Source: an uncultured Gammaproteobacteria bacterium (lineage in GTDB: Bacteria; Patescibacteriota; Microgenomatia; Levybacterales; GWA1-39-11). Taken from it: DNA of 64,000 nucleotides. This document shows positions 18,013 to 27,576 of this stretch, one piece after another (position 1 is the stretch's first letter; every line of letters begins with the position of its first letter). The translations under genes and the position numbers were made by a program. The notes beneath the pieces were generated by a model. It did not search any database. It saw only the letters and a list, made by a program, of their open reading frames with translations, and was not told the origin of the DNA. Location: NCBI GenBank assembly GCA_964531275.1, contig CAZHDZ010000006.1:14963-78962 (forward strand), read 5' to 3'.

Positions 18013-19418
18013 ATAGGAAGCGTAAATGAAAATGTCGCACCTTTTCCTTCCCCTTCTGATTCTACCCAGATGCGCCCATGATGTAATTCAATAAGATTTT
18101 TCGAAAGGTATAATCCTAGCCCTGATCCTTGGCCTGCTTGCTTCGTCAAATAACTACCACCTAGCATATTAAATTTCTTAAATAGCTTTTCCATATCCTC
18201 TGGTTTTATACCCATACCGGTATCGCGGACTTTAATAAGAACGCTTCCATCTTTTTCTTCACAGGTTACTGAAATACTGCCGTCTTTTACGGTAAATTTA
18301 AGAGCATTCCCTATTAGATTAATAAGAACTTGCTTAATTCTATCTGCATCAGCTGATATCACCGGCAAAGGCTCTGCCGGAACTGTTACAAATAATTTAA
18401 TGCCAAGTTCTGTTGATTTTGCTTGCATCTCCGCTATAACTTCCTGAACAAGAGTTACGATATTCATTGGCTTAGGATCAATTGTAAATCTTCCAGACTC
18501 AATACGAGAAATATTCAACATGTCATTTACCATATCAATAAGTCTATTTGTAGAATCGTATGATCTTTTAAGATATTCCATCTGCTGAGGGGTAAGCTCT
18601 CCGGTTTTTCCCTCTAAAAGAAGCCATACATATGACTTAATAACGGTCATTGGAGTTCTTAACTCATGTGATGCAAGAGAGACGAATTCATCCTTCAATT
18701 TATCTACTTGTTTTAATTTCTCGTTGGCATTTTGGATTGCTCGATACAAAAGGGCATTATCAACAGCAATACCAATAACACCAGTCAAGCGATCTATTAT
18801 GTCTTTCTCTGCTGGTGTCGCCTCTTCAAGCTTCTTCTCAAGCATCACAATCAAAGTTCCAATTACGTTATTACGGATTATAAGCGGCACTGCAAGTATT
18901 GACTGCACCCCGACCGAGCTTTGCAGCCGTACAAGCTCCTCTTTTGACTGACTACTTATGCCAAGGTCTTCTATGTTTGTAACAACCTGCATCTTTCTGT
19001 CAATTACTGTCTTAACAACGGGATTGATGCTTAAAGAAAGGGGTATTTCCTCAACGTAAAGCTTCCCTGTTTCACCTATTCCTGTGTATGCATCAGCTAG
19101 CGGCCTCAAGCTATTTTGGGTGGATAATTCATACACAGCAAGACCTCTAAATTCTGATTCGGCGACGATTAAATCGGCAACCTGTTGCGCAACTAAGTTT
19201 GGGTCAGTCACTGAAGAAAGAACAATAACGTCTATTTTTCGAAGCAGTGATAATGTCTTATTGCGTTCATTAAGCTCTACGTTCTTCTTATACATTTCCT
19301 CAGTTGCATGAGTAAGCTCACCCTGCAAACTTGATGTATCTTGAGTGGGCGTAAGCTCACCCTGAAGAGATGATGTATCCTGAGCTGGAGTAGGTGAATT
19401 AGGATTTTGCGGATCCAT
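18009..19418 (-). CDS. Cytoplasmic sensor histidine kinase: N-terminal 13-aa tandem repeat, GAF-like domain, HisKA (HELRTPMTVIKSY), HATPase_c
   Basis: H-box, N/G1/G2 boxes (LIGNALKFT, DTGMGI, GSGLGL). No TM segments. Confidence 0.85.
   Translation of the reverse strand: MDPQNPNSPTPAQDTSSLQGELTPTQDTSSLQGELTHATEEMYKKNVELNERNKTLSLLRKIDVIVLSSVTDPNLVAQQVADLIVAESEFRGLAVYELSTQNSLRPLADAYTGIGETGKLYVEEIPLSLSINPVVKTVIDRKMQVVTNIEDLGISSQSKEELVRLQSSVGVQSILAVPLIIRNNVIGTLIVMLEKKLEEATPAEKDIIDRLTGVIGIAVDNALLYRAIQNANEKLKQVDKLKDEFVSLASHELRTPMTVIKSYVWLLLEGKTGELTPQQMEYLKRSYDSTNRLIDMVNDMLNISRIESGRFTIDPKPMNIVTLVQEVIAEMQAKSTELGIKLFVTVPAEPLPVISADADRIKQVLINLIGNALKFTVKDGSISVTCEEKDGSVLIKVRDTGMGIKPEDMEKLFKKFNMLGGSYLTKQAGQGSGLGLYLSKNLIELHHGRIWVESEGEGKGATFSFTLPI
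19312..19389 (-). repeat. 2 x 39-nt tandem direct repeat encoding TPTQDTSSLQGEL twice at the kinase N-terminus
   Basis: Two near-identical 39-nt units (first 19312-19350) read directly in the sequence; the second unit is my own extension of the count and the least certain. Confidence 0.7.
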
Positions 19419-19484
19419 ATGTTACTAATTAGTATACTGCAAGAATTATTTTTTTACTGTATCACAGAAAGAATCTTTGATTCT

Positions 19485-19763
19485 TTACTGAAGCTGTGAT
19501 GGGATTTTATCTACAGGAATACTCTTAAGTAATCCCTTAATCGCATCGCGACAAACTTCTACTGAGGCTTGACCAAAAAGATGCTTGTAGCTGTTCACCA
19601 GCTGGTCCAAAATGTCTTTTTCGTTACCAGATAAAGATACCTCGTGCTTATCCCAATTGATAGTAAGCCCTGGTACTTTCTTTGCCTGCTCCAAAGCAAT
19701 AGGACCAATAACATTTTCTTGTTCTTTGATTATTTTTTGCGCAAGCTGTGCCATTGCATCCAT
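19485..19763 (-). CDS. Small hypothetical protein (92 aa) immediately upstream of and co-directional with the histidine kinase
   Basis: ORF track only. Confidence 0.4.
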   Translation of the reverse strand: MDAMAQLAQKIIKEQENVIGPIALEQAKKVPGLTINWDKHEVSLSGNEKDILDQLVNSYKHLFGQASVEVCRDAIKGLLKSIPVDKIPSQLQ

Positions 19764-19768
19764 ATATA

Positions 19769-20566
19769 TTATTCGTAATTCTTAAATAACATTAAGCCGA
19801 CAGCCATGAGAGTAAAAGAGGTTGTAAACATCAGGTCATTAATCCCAGCATTATAGTATGAACCAGTTGCTGCCTGATAAAAGAATGTAAATTCAGTGAT
19901 GTATTCCATGACCAAAGCAACAACTATAAACAAGATCTTTGGCCTCATTATTCCACCAAGCATCTTGCGTGACAGACTATAAGTAGCAATTGCTATAGAT
20001 ATTGGAATGGCCAGTCCGAGTGGCGTTCCATAGTCTAAAAATGTTTTTACGGGATTTGAAAAATCATGAGGAGCATCTTTTACAAAAAAGAAGTACGAAA
20101 CACTTAACATTATTGCGGGAATCATTATTGCTACAAAACGGGCATTATTCTTTTTAAGGAAATATTTTGATCCCGCTGCTCTTGCAAAATGGTACATTCC
20201 AAGAGAGTACGTGATAATTGCTGAAAAATATCCAAAATCAGCTACGGAAGGGTAAGGAATCTCTACTTTTGCAACTAAATTATAATACGACCAAATTGTC
20301 TGTCCAAGCCAATAACCAAAAAGTCCGAGAGACAAGTAGATTATTCCCTTACCGATATGACTCTTAAAACCCCCCCACTTTTTAGCTATTATTATGCCAT
20401 AGATTCCTCCTAAAAGAGGAATAAGCGAATATGCAAAACCAAAAAGCATATTCTCATCACCCTCTTTAACGCCGGAAATAAAGATCTTAACCCACCACAA
20501 AACAAGGAGAATATAATAGGATATTAGAACTAAAAAAACTTTACTTTGAAAGATTTGTTTTATCAT
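19769..20566 (-). CDS. Polytopic membrane protein (about 7-8 TM), possible membrane sensor module for the downstream kinase
   Basis: Hydrophobicity pattern. Operon-like spacing with the 92-aa gene and the kinase. Confidence 0.5.
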   Translation of the reverse strand: MIKQIFQSKVFLVLISYYILLVLWWVKIFISGVKEGDENMLFGFAYSLIPLLGGIYGIIIAKKWGGFKSHIGKGIIYLSLGLFGYWLGQTIWSYYNLVAKVEIPYPSVADFGYFSAIITYSLGMYHFARAAGSKYFLKKNNARFVAIMIPAIMLSVSYFFFVKDAPHDFSNPVKTFLDYGTPLGLAIPISIAIATYSLSRKMLGGIMRPKILFIVVALVMEYITEFTFFYQAATGSYYNAGINDLMFTTSFTLMAVGLMLFKNYE

Positions 20567-20680
20567 CTATATTTTAACTGTATGACAATCGATAATTCTT
20601 GTCAATCAGCCTGATCGACCTAAGCATTGATTGATCAATTTACCTACTATATACTTGTATTTTGGTAGACATTTTCTCAA

Positions 20681-22399
20681 ATGAAGGCAAAATCAATATA
20701 TATTCTGGGACTAAACACAACGTATCACGAGCTATCAGCGTGTCTATTAAAAGATGGGATGCTCATCGCCGCGATCGAAGAAGAGCGACTATCCAGAATT
20801 AAACATGGCAAGAGTGCTCTCATCAGCAACCCAGACGTTCTTCCACTAAAGGCAATTGAATATTGTCTTCATCAAGCTGGAGTTCGCTTTAAGGATATTG
20901 CTCGCATTGGATTGTCATTTTGCCCGAAAGACCGCTTGAAAAATAGCAACACAGATCCTTATTTCCAACCCAATGACTGGGGAAGCGTAGAGGGCGAAAA
21001 TTTATTCTATAAAAAATTGATGAATATACCAACTTTGTTAAGTAAATATGCAGGTATTGATGTAAAAGACAGAACTGAATGGGTTCCTCATCATATTTCG
21101 CATGCAGGAAGCGGGTTTTATGTATCTCCATTCAAAAATTCCGCAATCCTTTCAATTGATGGGATTGGTGAAATTAGCTCAACCTGGCTTGGTGAAGGTC
21201 ATGGCAATAAGATGAGCGTAATAAAAACAATCGATTACCCAAACTCAATAGGTTTTCTATGGGAAAAGCTATCGAAATATGTCGGCTTTGGTGAATATGA
21301 CGCGTCAAAAGTTATGGGCTTGGCGTCTTATGGAAATTGGAAAAAATATTATCCTCAAATGAAGGAGTTAGTAACAATTGGAAAAAATGGAGAATTTACA
21401 ACAGATATTGAACTCCTAAAATTTAGACTTGAAGATTATACCGATCTTGAAAAGTTGTTTGGCGTAAAAAAGATCAAATCGCCTGCAGATATTACCGAAA
21501 AACAAAATGACATTGCAGCAAGTCTTCAAAAAAGGACAACTGACGTAATACTTTCTCTTGGAAAATACCTCGCAGAAACAACAGGACAAGATAATTTATG
21601 CATGGCAGGAGGGGTAGCCCTTAATTGTGTTTCTAATTATAATCTTATGAAGTCTGGATATTTCAAAAAAATATACATCCAACCAGCAGCAAATGATGCT
21701 GGCACAGCTCTTGGTGCTGCATACCATTTATGGTCTTCCTATCCAAATGCTACAAGACCCTATGTCATGAAACATCCATATATAGGATCTGAATTTAGTG
21801 AGGAAGAGATGGAAAATGCTCTTTTGCAGAGTGGTTCGAAATATCAAAAATATAAAAACATAGAAAAAGAAACAGCAAGACTTATTGCTAAAGGAAATAT
21901 CATTGGCTGGTTTCAGGGAAAAATGGAATGGGGTCCTCGAGCACTAGGCAACAGATCTCTTATTGCAGATCCAAGAAATCCCAACATGAAAGAGATACTC
22001 AATTTAAGAATAAAAAAGAGAGAACCATTTCGACCTTTTGCCCCAAGCGTTCTTAGCGATGCTGCTATTGATTGGTTTGAAATTCCACAGAATTGTACCA
22101 CCTTGTCTATGGACTTTATGGAATTTACTTTTCCAGTTCGAAAAAGCAAGCAAAAAACCATTCCAGCAGTAACACATGTAGACGGGACCAGCAGGATTCA
22201 AACAGTCAAAAAAGCTACAAACCCAAAATATTACAAACTTATAAATGAATTTGAAAAGATAACAGGTGTCCCAATGATTTTAAATACTTCTTTCAATGAA
22301 AATGAGCCAATAGTATGCTCTCCAAATGACGCAATAAATACCTTCAACAAAACACAAATGGATTATCTGGTTCTCGGAAACTTCTTAGTATCTAGATAA
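20681..22399 (+). CDS. Carbamoyltransferase, NodU/CmcH/TobZ family (N-terminal ASKHA-like and C-terminal YrdC-like halves)
   Basis: The N-terminus IYILGLNTTYHELSACLLKDGMLIAAIEEERLSRIKH is the typical carbamoyltransferase opening. Length 572 aa. Confidence 0.85.
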   Translation: MKAKSIYILGLNTTYHELSACLLKDGMLIAAIEEERLSRIKHGKSALISNPDVLPLKAIEYCLHQAGVRFKDIARIGLSFCPKDRLKNSNTDPYFQPNDWGSVEGENLFYKKLMNIPTLLSKYAGIDVKDRTEWVPHHISHAGSGFYVSPFKNSAILSIDGIGEISSTWLGEGHGNKMSVIKTIDYPNSIGFLWEKLSKYVGFGEYDASKVMGLASYGNWKKYYPQMKELVTIGKNGEFTTDIELLKFRLEDYTDLEKLFGVKKIKSPADITEKQNDIAASLQKRTTDVILSLGKYLAETTGQDNLCMAGGVALNCVSNYNLMKSGYFKKIYIQPAANDAGTALGAAYHLWSSYPNATRPYVMKHPYIGSEFSEEEMENALLQSGSKYQKYKNIEKETARLIAKGNIIGWFQGKMEWGPRALGNRSLIADPRNPNMKEILNLRIKKREPFRPFAPSVLSDAAIDWFEIPQNCTTLSMDFMEFTFPVRKSKQKTIPAVTHVDGTSRIQTVKKATNPKYYKLINEFEKITGVPMILNTSFNENEPIVCSPNDAINTFNKTQMDYLVLGNFLVSR

Positions 22400-22404
22400 T
22401 CATT

Positions 22405-23313
22405 TTACGGTAAGAAAATGAAGTAGAGTCCAATAAACATAACGACAATACATGAAGCCTTCCATATTAAATTAGTCCCACCAATATCTTCTTTTATTAA
22501 TCTTGGCAATAGAACGGTAAGAACTATTCCAAAAAACAAAGTTATTAAAGGCTGTATCCCTTGCATGATAGTACTGGCAAGTCCAGCACTTATGGTAGTT
22601 AAAGAGAACCAATAGAAATATACTGCTACAAGATTTATAGACTCATTAATAAAGATGAATCCGTAGACTTTTTTCTTTATTCGCTTTGAATTTTTAACAA
22701 ACATTCTTCTAATACTCTTGTTGAGAAGCAGTACTACCGAGCATAGTAAAACCCCAACACCTTCATAAGTAAGAGCTTGAAAAAAAGGAATATCATTTGC
22801 TACAAATTTATATAAAATAAGAGATAGCGAATAGAGAAAACAGGAAAGCATCAGATACCAAAATGACTTCCTTAACTTGAATATATTAAGGCTAGGTTTT
22901 TCCATCGATATTACAAGAGAGGCTACAATAATAAAAAATGAACCAATATATTGATTACCTGATAATAGCTCACCAAGCAAAAGATATCCCATGATTATGG
23001 TAAAAACCGGAATTACCGAGAATAGTGGTATTATTCTTGAGGTTTCATCCATCGACAAAGTTTTGTAATAAGGCAAGAGGGAAATGTTAATAAGAAAGCC
23101 TGACCCGACCACCAAGAGAATTGTTAGAATATCACCCGTATATATTCCAACTACAAGAGCTACGCCTAAGCCAACAATAAATCCAAATATTCCGCTGTAA
23201 ATCGTTATGAGGTAGTAATTTAGCCGCTGCTTCTCAAGCAAGAACTTGTCAATGTAATTACTGCAGGAATAAAAAAATGCAGCAGCAATTGCTGAAAATA
23301 TACCGCTATTCAT
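22405..23313 (-). CDS. EamA/DMT-superfamily transporter (10 TM)
   Basis: Two EamA-like 5-TM repeats; about 300 aa. Confidence 0.7.
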   Translation of the reverse strand: MNSGIFSAIAAAFFYSCSNYIDKFLLEKQRLNYYLITIYSGIFGFIVGLGVALVVGIYTGDILTILLVVGSGFLINISLLPYYKTLSMDETSRIIPLFSVIPVFTIIMGYLLLGELLSGNQYIGSFFIIVASLVISMEKPSLNIFKLRKSFWYLMLSCFLYSLSLILYKFVANDIPFFQALTYEGVGVLLCSVVLLLNKSIRRMFVKNSKRIKKKVYGFIFINESINLVAVYFYWFSLTTISAGLASTIMQGIQPLITLFFGIVLTVLLPRLIKEDIGGTNLIWKASCIVVMFIGLYFIFLP

Positions 23314-24421
23314 TTAAAAAATGGGTTGTGGGTATTTCAAACCCATTGAATTCTGAAGCAAATACGGTCGAATAACAACCTACATCAAGAACATATACCT
23401 TGTCTCCAATTTTTGAATTTGGAAATTCAATGTGCTCAGCAACTACGTCAAAACTATCACAGCTAGGCCCTGCTATTGTTGTTTTGACTTTTGCATTTGC
23501 ACTCTCACTTACAAAATTAAATCTAAAACCACCTGTAATCTCCATGAGTCCGTTGTATACCCCACAATCAAGAAAAAGCCACTGTTCACCATCTCTTTCT
23601 GACCGCCCGACTATCGTTGCAACCATTACTCCAGCATCCCCGACTAATCCTCTGCCAGGCTCTATAGAAAATTTTAGACCGTCTTCGTCCGGAAAATTCT
23701 TCTTCTTTGCAGACACTATGTTCTCGCAAATTTCTTTAATGGGAGGAATAGGAACAGTATACTCAACCGGAATACCTCCACCCAAACTCACTAGTTCCAA
23801 TGGTACCCCACCCTCTTCTTTAAATCCGTTATATACTTTTCTTACCAATTTTAGGGCCTCATCCCAACTTTCATAATTTGGATTTTGAGAACCAACATGA
23901 AATGTAATGCCATAGGGTATCAATCCTTTATTTTTTGCGTAACTAAGCATCTTGACTGCTTCAGTGGGATTAACTCCATATCTATTACCTAACGGAAATG
24001 TGCTTCCTGTCTCAGGCACACTTATCCTAACCAAAACTTTACTTTCCGGCGCACAACTTGCAATCTTGTCTACCTCATCGTAAGAATCAATTGCCATAAT
24101 GTCTATGTTTTTTTCAAACATGTATTTTAAAAATTCAGGTGATTTAATCGGATTCAGACACATTATTTTTTCAGGCATTACGCCAATTTCAATAAGCTTT
24201 TTTGTTTCGTTAAGGGAGGAAACTTCAAAACCCGCCCCCTGATCAAGTAATCTCTTGCAAATAATCTTATTATCGTTTGCCTTCATCGCATAAAAGATTT
24301 CAATATCGACAAGGCTGTCCCTAAGCAATGAATACTTATTATCGAGAAGCTGTAGGTCCACTAATAAGTATGGGGTTTTGAATTTTCTTGAAGACTGAAT
24401 CACGGAGTCGGATAAATTCAT
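23306..24421 (-). CDS. PLP-dependent decarboxylase of the ornithine/lysine/arginine decarboxylase (alanine-racemase fold, ODC/NspC-like) family
   Basis: Motifs FYAMKAN (PLP-Lys), FHVGSQ, GGG(I)P, GPSCDSFD (catalytic Cys). Confidence 0.8.
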   Translation of the reverse strand: MNLSDSVIQSSRKFKTPYLLVDLQLLDNKYSLLRDSLVDIEIFYAMKANDNKIICKRLLDQGAGFEVSSLNETKKLIEIGVMPEKIMCLNPIKSPEFLKYMFEKNIDIMAIDSYDEVDKIASCAPESKVLVRISVPETGSTFPLGNRYGVNPTEAVKMLSYAKNKGLIPYGITFHVGSQNPNYESWDEALKLVRKVYNGFKEEGGVPLELVSLGGGIPVEYTVPIPPIKEICENIVSAKKKNFPDEDGLKFSIEPGRGLVGDAGVMVATIVGRSERDGEQWLFLDCGVYNGLMEITGGFRFNFVSESANAKVKTTIAGPSCDSFDVVAEHIEFPNSKIGDKVYVLDVGCYSTVFASEFNGFEIPTTHFLNE

Positions 24422-24433
24422 ATGTAGTTTTTT

Positions 24434-25297
24434 TTAAAACCAACGTTTCTTTTTTGATTCTTCTGCAAATTCCTCAAGAAGCTCTTTTTGTCTTGAGGAT
24501 AATTTGCCAGGCACTTCAACTTGAACTCTTACATAGTGATCTCCATGAGTAGAAACATTAACATGCTTTACACCCTTCCCCTTAATCCTTATAAGAGTCC
24601 CTGGTTGAGTTCCTTGTGGTATTTTAAGCTTTACTTTTCCAGCAACTGTCTCGATTTCCTCAATGCCACCGAGGGCCGCCTCGTGCATTGCCACTTTAAG
24701 ATCTGAGATGATATCATACCCTTCTCTTCTGAATTTAGAGCTTGAAGCAACAGAAATTAAAATATCAAAATCATTAAATTGAATTCTTGATCCTTCATTT
24801 ACTCCTGCCGGTACTTTAATGTCTTTCTTAGTTCCATCCAAAGATACCGTTTTTGTAGTTCCTTTTACTGCTTCCATAAAATCAATTGTTAAAGAATATG
24901 CAGGCTTTCGTCTTCCAAAAGGGGAAGCACCGCCAAAAAATTGCTCAAAAATATCAAATGGATCTGTCCCACCAAAATCAAAACCCTGGCCACCGTTACT
25001 TGTATATGAATAACTAAAAGGTCCCTGCTGGCCACCAAATCCTCCAAAGGGCCCACCCGCTCCCCCACGTCCTCCATTCTCAAATGAAGCGGACCCGAAT
25101 TGATCATATTGTTGTCTTTTCTGAGGATTTCCAAGAATTTCGTATGCTTGATTTATTTCTTTAAATTTTTCCTCTGCTTCTTTGGATTTATTTTTATCAG
25201 GATGATACTCAACAGCAAGCTTTCTGTATGCCTTTTTAAGCTCTTCCGCAGTCGCGGACTTAGTAACTCCTAACACTTTGTATAGGTCTGAATTCAT
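24434..25297 (-). CDS. DnaJ-family co-chaperone lacking the zinc-finger CxxCxGxG repeats (class B, CbpA/DnaJ-like): J-domain, G/F-rich region, C-terminal substrate-binding domains
   Basis: YKVLGV...HPDKN J-domain with the HPD motif. A GGFGG-rich linker. No CxxC repeats. Confidence 0.85.
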   Translation of the reverse strand: MNSDLYKVLGVTKSATAEELKKAYRKLAVEYHPDKNKSKEAEEKFKEINQAYEILGNPQKRQQYDQFGSASFENGGRGGAGGPFGGFGGQQGPFSYSYTSNGGQGFDFGGTDPFDIFEQFFGGASPFGRRKPAYSLTIDFMEAVKGTTKTVSLDGTKKDIKVPAGVNEGSRIQFNDFDILISVASSSKFRREGYDIISDLKVAMHEAALGGIEEIETVAGKVKLKIPQGTQPGTLIRIKGKGVKHVNVSTHGDHYVRVQVEVPGKLSSRQKELLEEFAEESKKKRWF

Positions 25298-25329
25298 ATA
25301 GCTATTGTAACTTTTTGCTCATCAGTATT

Positions 25330-25356
25330 TTAGCAATTTCAAGATTCAATTGCTAG
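25330..25356 (-). promoter_or_regulatory. CIRCE-like inverted repeat TTAGCAATT-N9-AATTGCTAG upstream of the dnaJ-like gene
   Basis: An 8-bp perfect inverted repeat with a 9-nt spacer, the same geometry as the HrcA operator CIRCE (TTAGCACTC-N9-GAGTGCTAA). Intergenic position between the subtilase stop and the dnaJ-like start. Confidence 0.45.
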
Positions 25357-25358
25357 AT

Positions 25359-27056
25359 TCATCTTGGGGAACAGATGAGAGGGCAAATCTGAATACTTTT
25401 TCCGTTTTTTGTACATTTTGGATCAGGAACGCAACTAAAATACTGGTCGGGAGTTGGAGTTGGTGTTCCGACTTGCTTAAATGCACCCAAGGTTGGAGTT
25501 GGTGTGGGAAATAACACGGTTGGCAATGGAGCAAACGTTGCTGTAGGGCTTATTGTAAGACTAGGAACAATTGTCGTTGAGACCGATGGCGTGAGGGTTG
25601 ATGCCACTGTTGGTAATGCTGTTAAAGAACCGCAGGCTTGCATTGCCTTATACACATTAAGTCGCGGACCAATTGGCCTATCAGTAGATATTGGTTCTGC
25701 ACCTTGAATGAGACAGTCTTTTACTTGAGATGCGGAAAGAGACGGTTTTGCTGCCAAAAGAAGCGCAGCTGCTCCTGCAACATGAGGACTTGCCATACTT
25801 GTTCCTTGACTGGATTTATATCCTCCACCTGGCCATGTCGATATAATTCCTGTCCCCGGTGCTGAAATTCCAACAAATGACCCAAAATTAGAAAAGGATG
25901 CCCTTGAGTCAGTGGGTGTAGTTGCGCCAACAGCTAGAGCCCCACTGCATGATGCCGGACTATAGAGACCAGCATCCTCAGCAACGTGCGTGGTTGGGTG
26001 GCCATTTCCAGCAGCAACAACAACCAAAACACCCTTTGAAACAGCGTATGTTATTGCCGTATCATACTGGCTACCCTGTCTACATGGAGTCCTGCCACCC
26101 AGACTCATATTAATAACTTTTGCTCCATTATCTGCTGCGTAACTGATAGCCTGTGTCGTTGCAGTTGTGTCGCAGCTTGCAGAAGAACCGTATGGGACAC
26201 ATACCTTTAATGGCATTATCTTAACCGTCCAATTAACACCCGTCACCCCAACAGAATTATTACCAACTGCACCTACTGTTCCTGCAACATGCGTCCCATG
26301 TCCCACATCATCAGCTGGGTTTGAGTCTCCATTGGCAAAGTCGTACCCAGCTACCGCATTTGCAGATAAATCGGCATGGGAAGCTTCAATTCCCGAATCA
26401 ATTACAGCAACAACAACACTTCCAGAACCTTTTGTCATATCCCATGCAAGCGGCGCTTGAATTTTTTCCATTCCCCAAAGCTGACTATAATTAGGATCGT
26501 TTGGAACTGCAAAAAGCTCAAACTGGTTATTGGGCTCTGATGAGTAAAAGAAAGGGACGCTTGCAAGTTCTTGCTGCACATTAATAGCATCTACTCCTTG
26601 ACGTAATTTTAATGTATAAAATCCACGAAGCATTATGTCATCGGTACTATAAACTTTGACGAATGATACTACCCCAATCTTTTTAAAGACATCATTAATT
26701 TCGGAAAGCTTTTCTTGGGGCTTCTTTTCTTTAAGAATACTGTCTTGTGCCGAATTCCATGTATTCACAGTCTTGCCTAAAATATTTCTATCATTCTTAT
26801 TAAATTCTTCTTCCTTTTTCATTAAATCTGAAGGAATATAGTCATCTCTAAATCGAACCACTATTTCATTGGGGACATATCTTTCCGTTGCAGGAAATGC
26901 CTCATATTTTTTTGAATAGACTTCATTTTTTTTTGCGGATTTCTGAAAAACGGTTGCAAAAAAATATAGAGTAATCAGAACAAATACAAAAAGAGTGATT
27001 ACTATAAAAAGTACTCTTGGAGATTTTAAGTTATTGATTGAGAATTGCTTTAACAT
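25359..27056 (-). CDS. Subtilisin-like serine protease (peptidase S8) with N-terminal TM anchor, prodomain-like region and C-terminal Pro/Thr-rich, Cys-containing tail
   Basis: Catalytic triad motifs VAVIDSGI (Asp), HGTHVAGT (His), GTSMASPHVAG (Ser). Confidence 0.9.
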   Translation of the reverse strand: MLKQFSINNLKSPRVLFIVITLFVFVLITLYFFATVFQKSAKKNEVYSKKYEAFPATERYVPNEIVVRFRDDYIPSDLMKKEEEFNKNDRNILGKTVNTWNSAQDSILKEKKPQEKLSEINDVFKKIGVVSFVKVYSTDDIMLRGFYTLKLRQGVDAINVQQELASVPFFYSSEPNNQFELFAVPNDPNYSQLWGMEKIQAPLAWDMTKGSGSVVVAVIDSGIEASHADLSANAVAGYDFANGDSNPADDVGHGTHVAGTVGAVGNNSVGVTGVNWTVKIMPLKVCVPYGSSASCDTTATTQAISYAADNGAKVINMSLGGRTPCRQGSQYDTAITYAVSKGVLVVVAAGNGHPTTHVAEDAGLYSPASCSGALAVGATTPTDSRASFSNFGSFVGISAPGTGIISTWPGGGYKSSQGTSMASPHVAGAAALLLAAKPSLSASQVKDCLIQGAEPISTDRPIGPRLNVYKAMQACGSLTALPTVASTLTPSVSTTIVPSLTISPTATFAPLPTVLFPTPTPTLGAFKQVGTPTPTPDQYFSCVPDPKCTKNGKSIQICPLICSPR

Positions 27057-27576
27057 TTGGCTCTACTCCTTGTACTTCAGGAATTGTATAAATTACCTTT
27101 GAAGCATCCTCAACATTCGTTCCTTTTTTAAAGGTGAGTGTATAAAAACTATTGAGAGTTGGGTCTGTGGTTTTTTCATAAATATGTGTCTCACTCGTTA
27201 CTCCAACACTTTCTAGGATTTTTTTAATCTCTGCTCTTCTTTTTGGATCTAATTCTTCCGGAGTTTTCCCTAATTGGTACGAAATCACTAATTCATCTTC
27301 AACATATAGTTCTTTATCTGGGAATGGGAGAAGTGTAGGCTTTGCAATTGGCACAGGAGTAGGAGTGATAGTCGTTTTGTTTGAGACGCCAATAGCGACA
27401 CCTACCGCACCCAAGAGCAGCAGAACAAATGCTATTGTAAGAATAATGACAATCTTTTTTTTATAGAAAGGTTTTGACTCCTGCGGCAACTGAGATTGAA
27501 TAGGTGCTTGAACCGGTGATTGGACAGTAGCGTTTGGATCCATATAGTACTTATGCTGGCTGCATTTGGGTGCCAT
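27031..27576 (-). CDS. Membrane-anchored protein resembling a free-standing subtilisin prodomain (inhibitor I9-like), paralogous to the N-terminal region of the adjacent subtilase
   Basis: ELVISYQLGKTPEE...FYTLTFKKGTNVEDASKVIYTIPEVQGVEPN aligns by eye with the subtilase N-terminus EIVVRFRDDYIPSD...FYTLKLRQGVDAINVQQELASVPFFYSSEPN. N-terminal TM. 26-nt overlap with the subtilase gene. Confidence 0.5.
   Translation of the reverse strand: MAPKCSQHKYYMDPNATVQSPVQAPIQSQLPQESKPFYKKKIVIILTIAFVLLLLGAVGVAIGVSNKTTITPTPVPIAKPTLLPFPDKELYVEDELVISYQLGKTPEELDPKRRAEIKKILESVGVTSETHIYEKTTDPTLNSFYTLTFKKGTNVEDASKVIYTIPEVQGVEPNVKAILNQ

Noticed and set aside
25346-26460. Multiple 60-100-aa ORFs on both strands inside the subtilase gene (e.g. 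25346-25534, 25504-25707, 26167-26460)
   Set aside because: They are shadow ORFs within a well-supported S8 protease CDS and have no independent signals.
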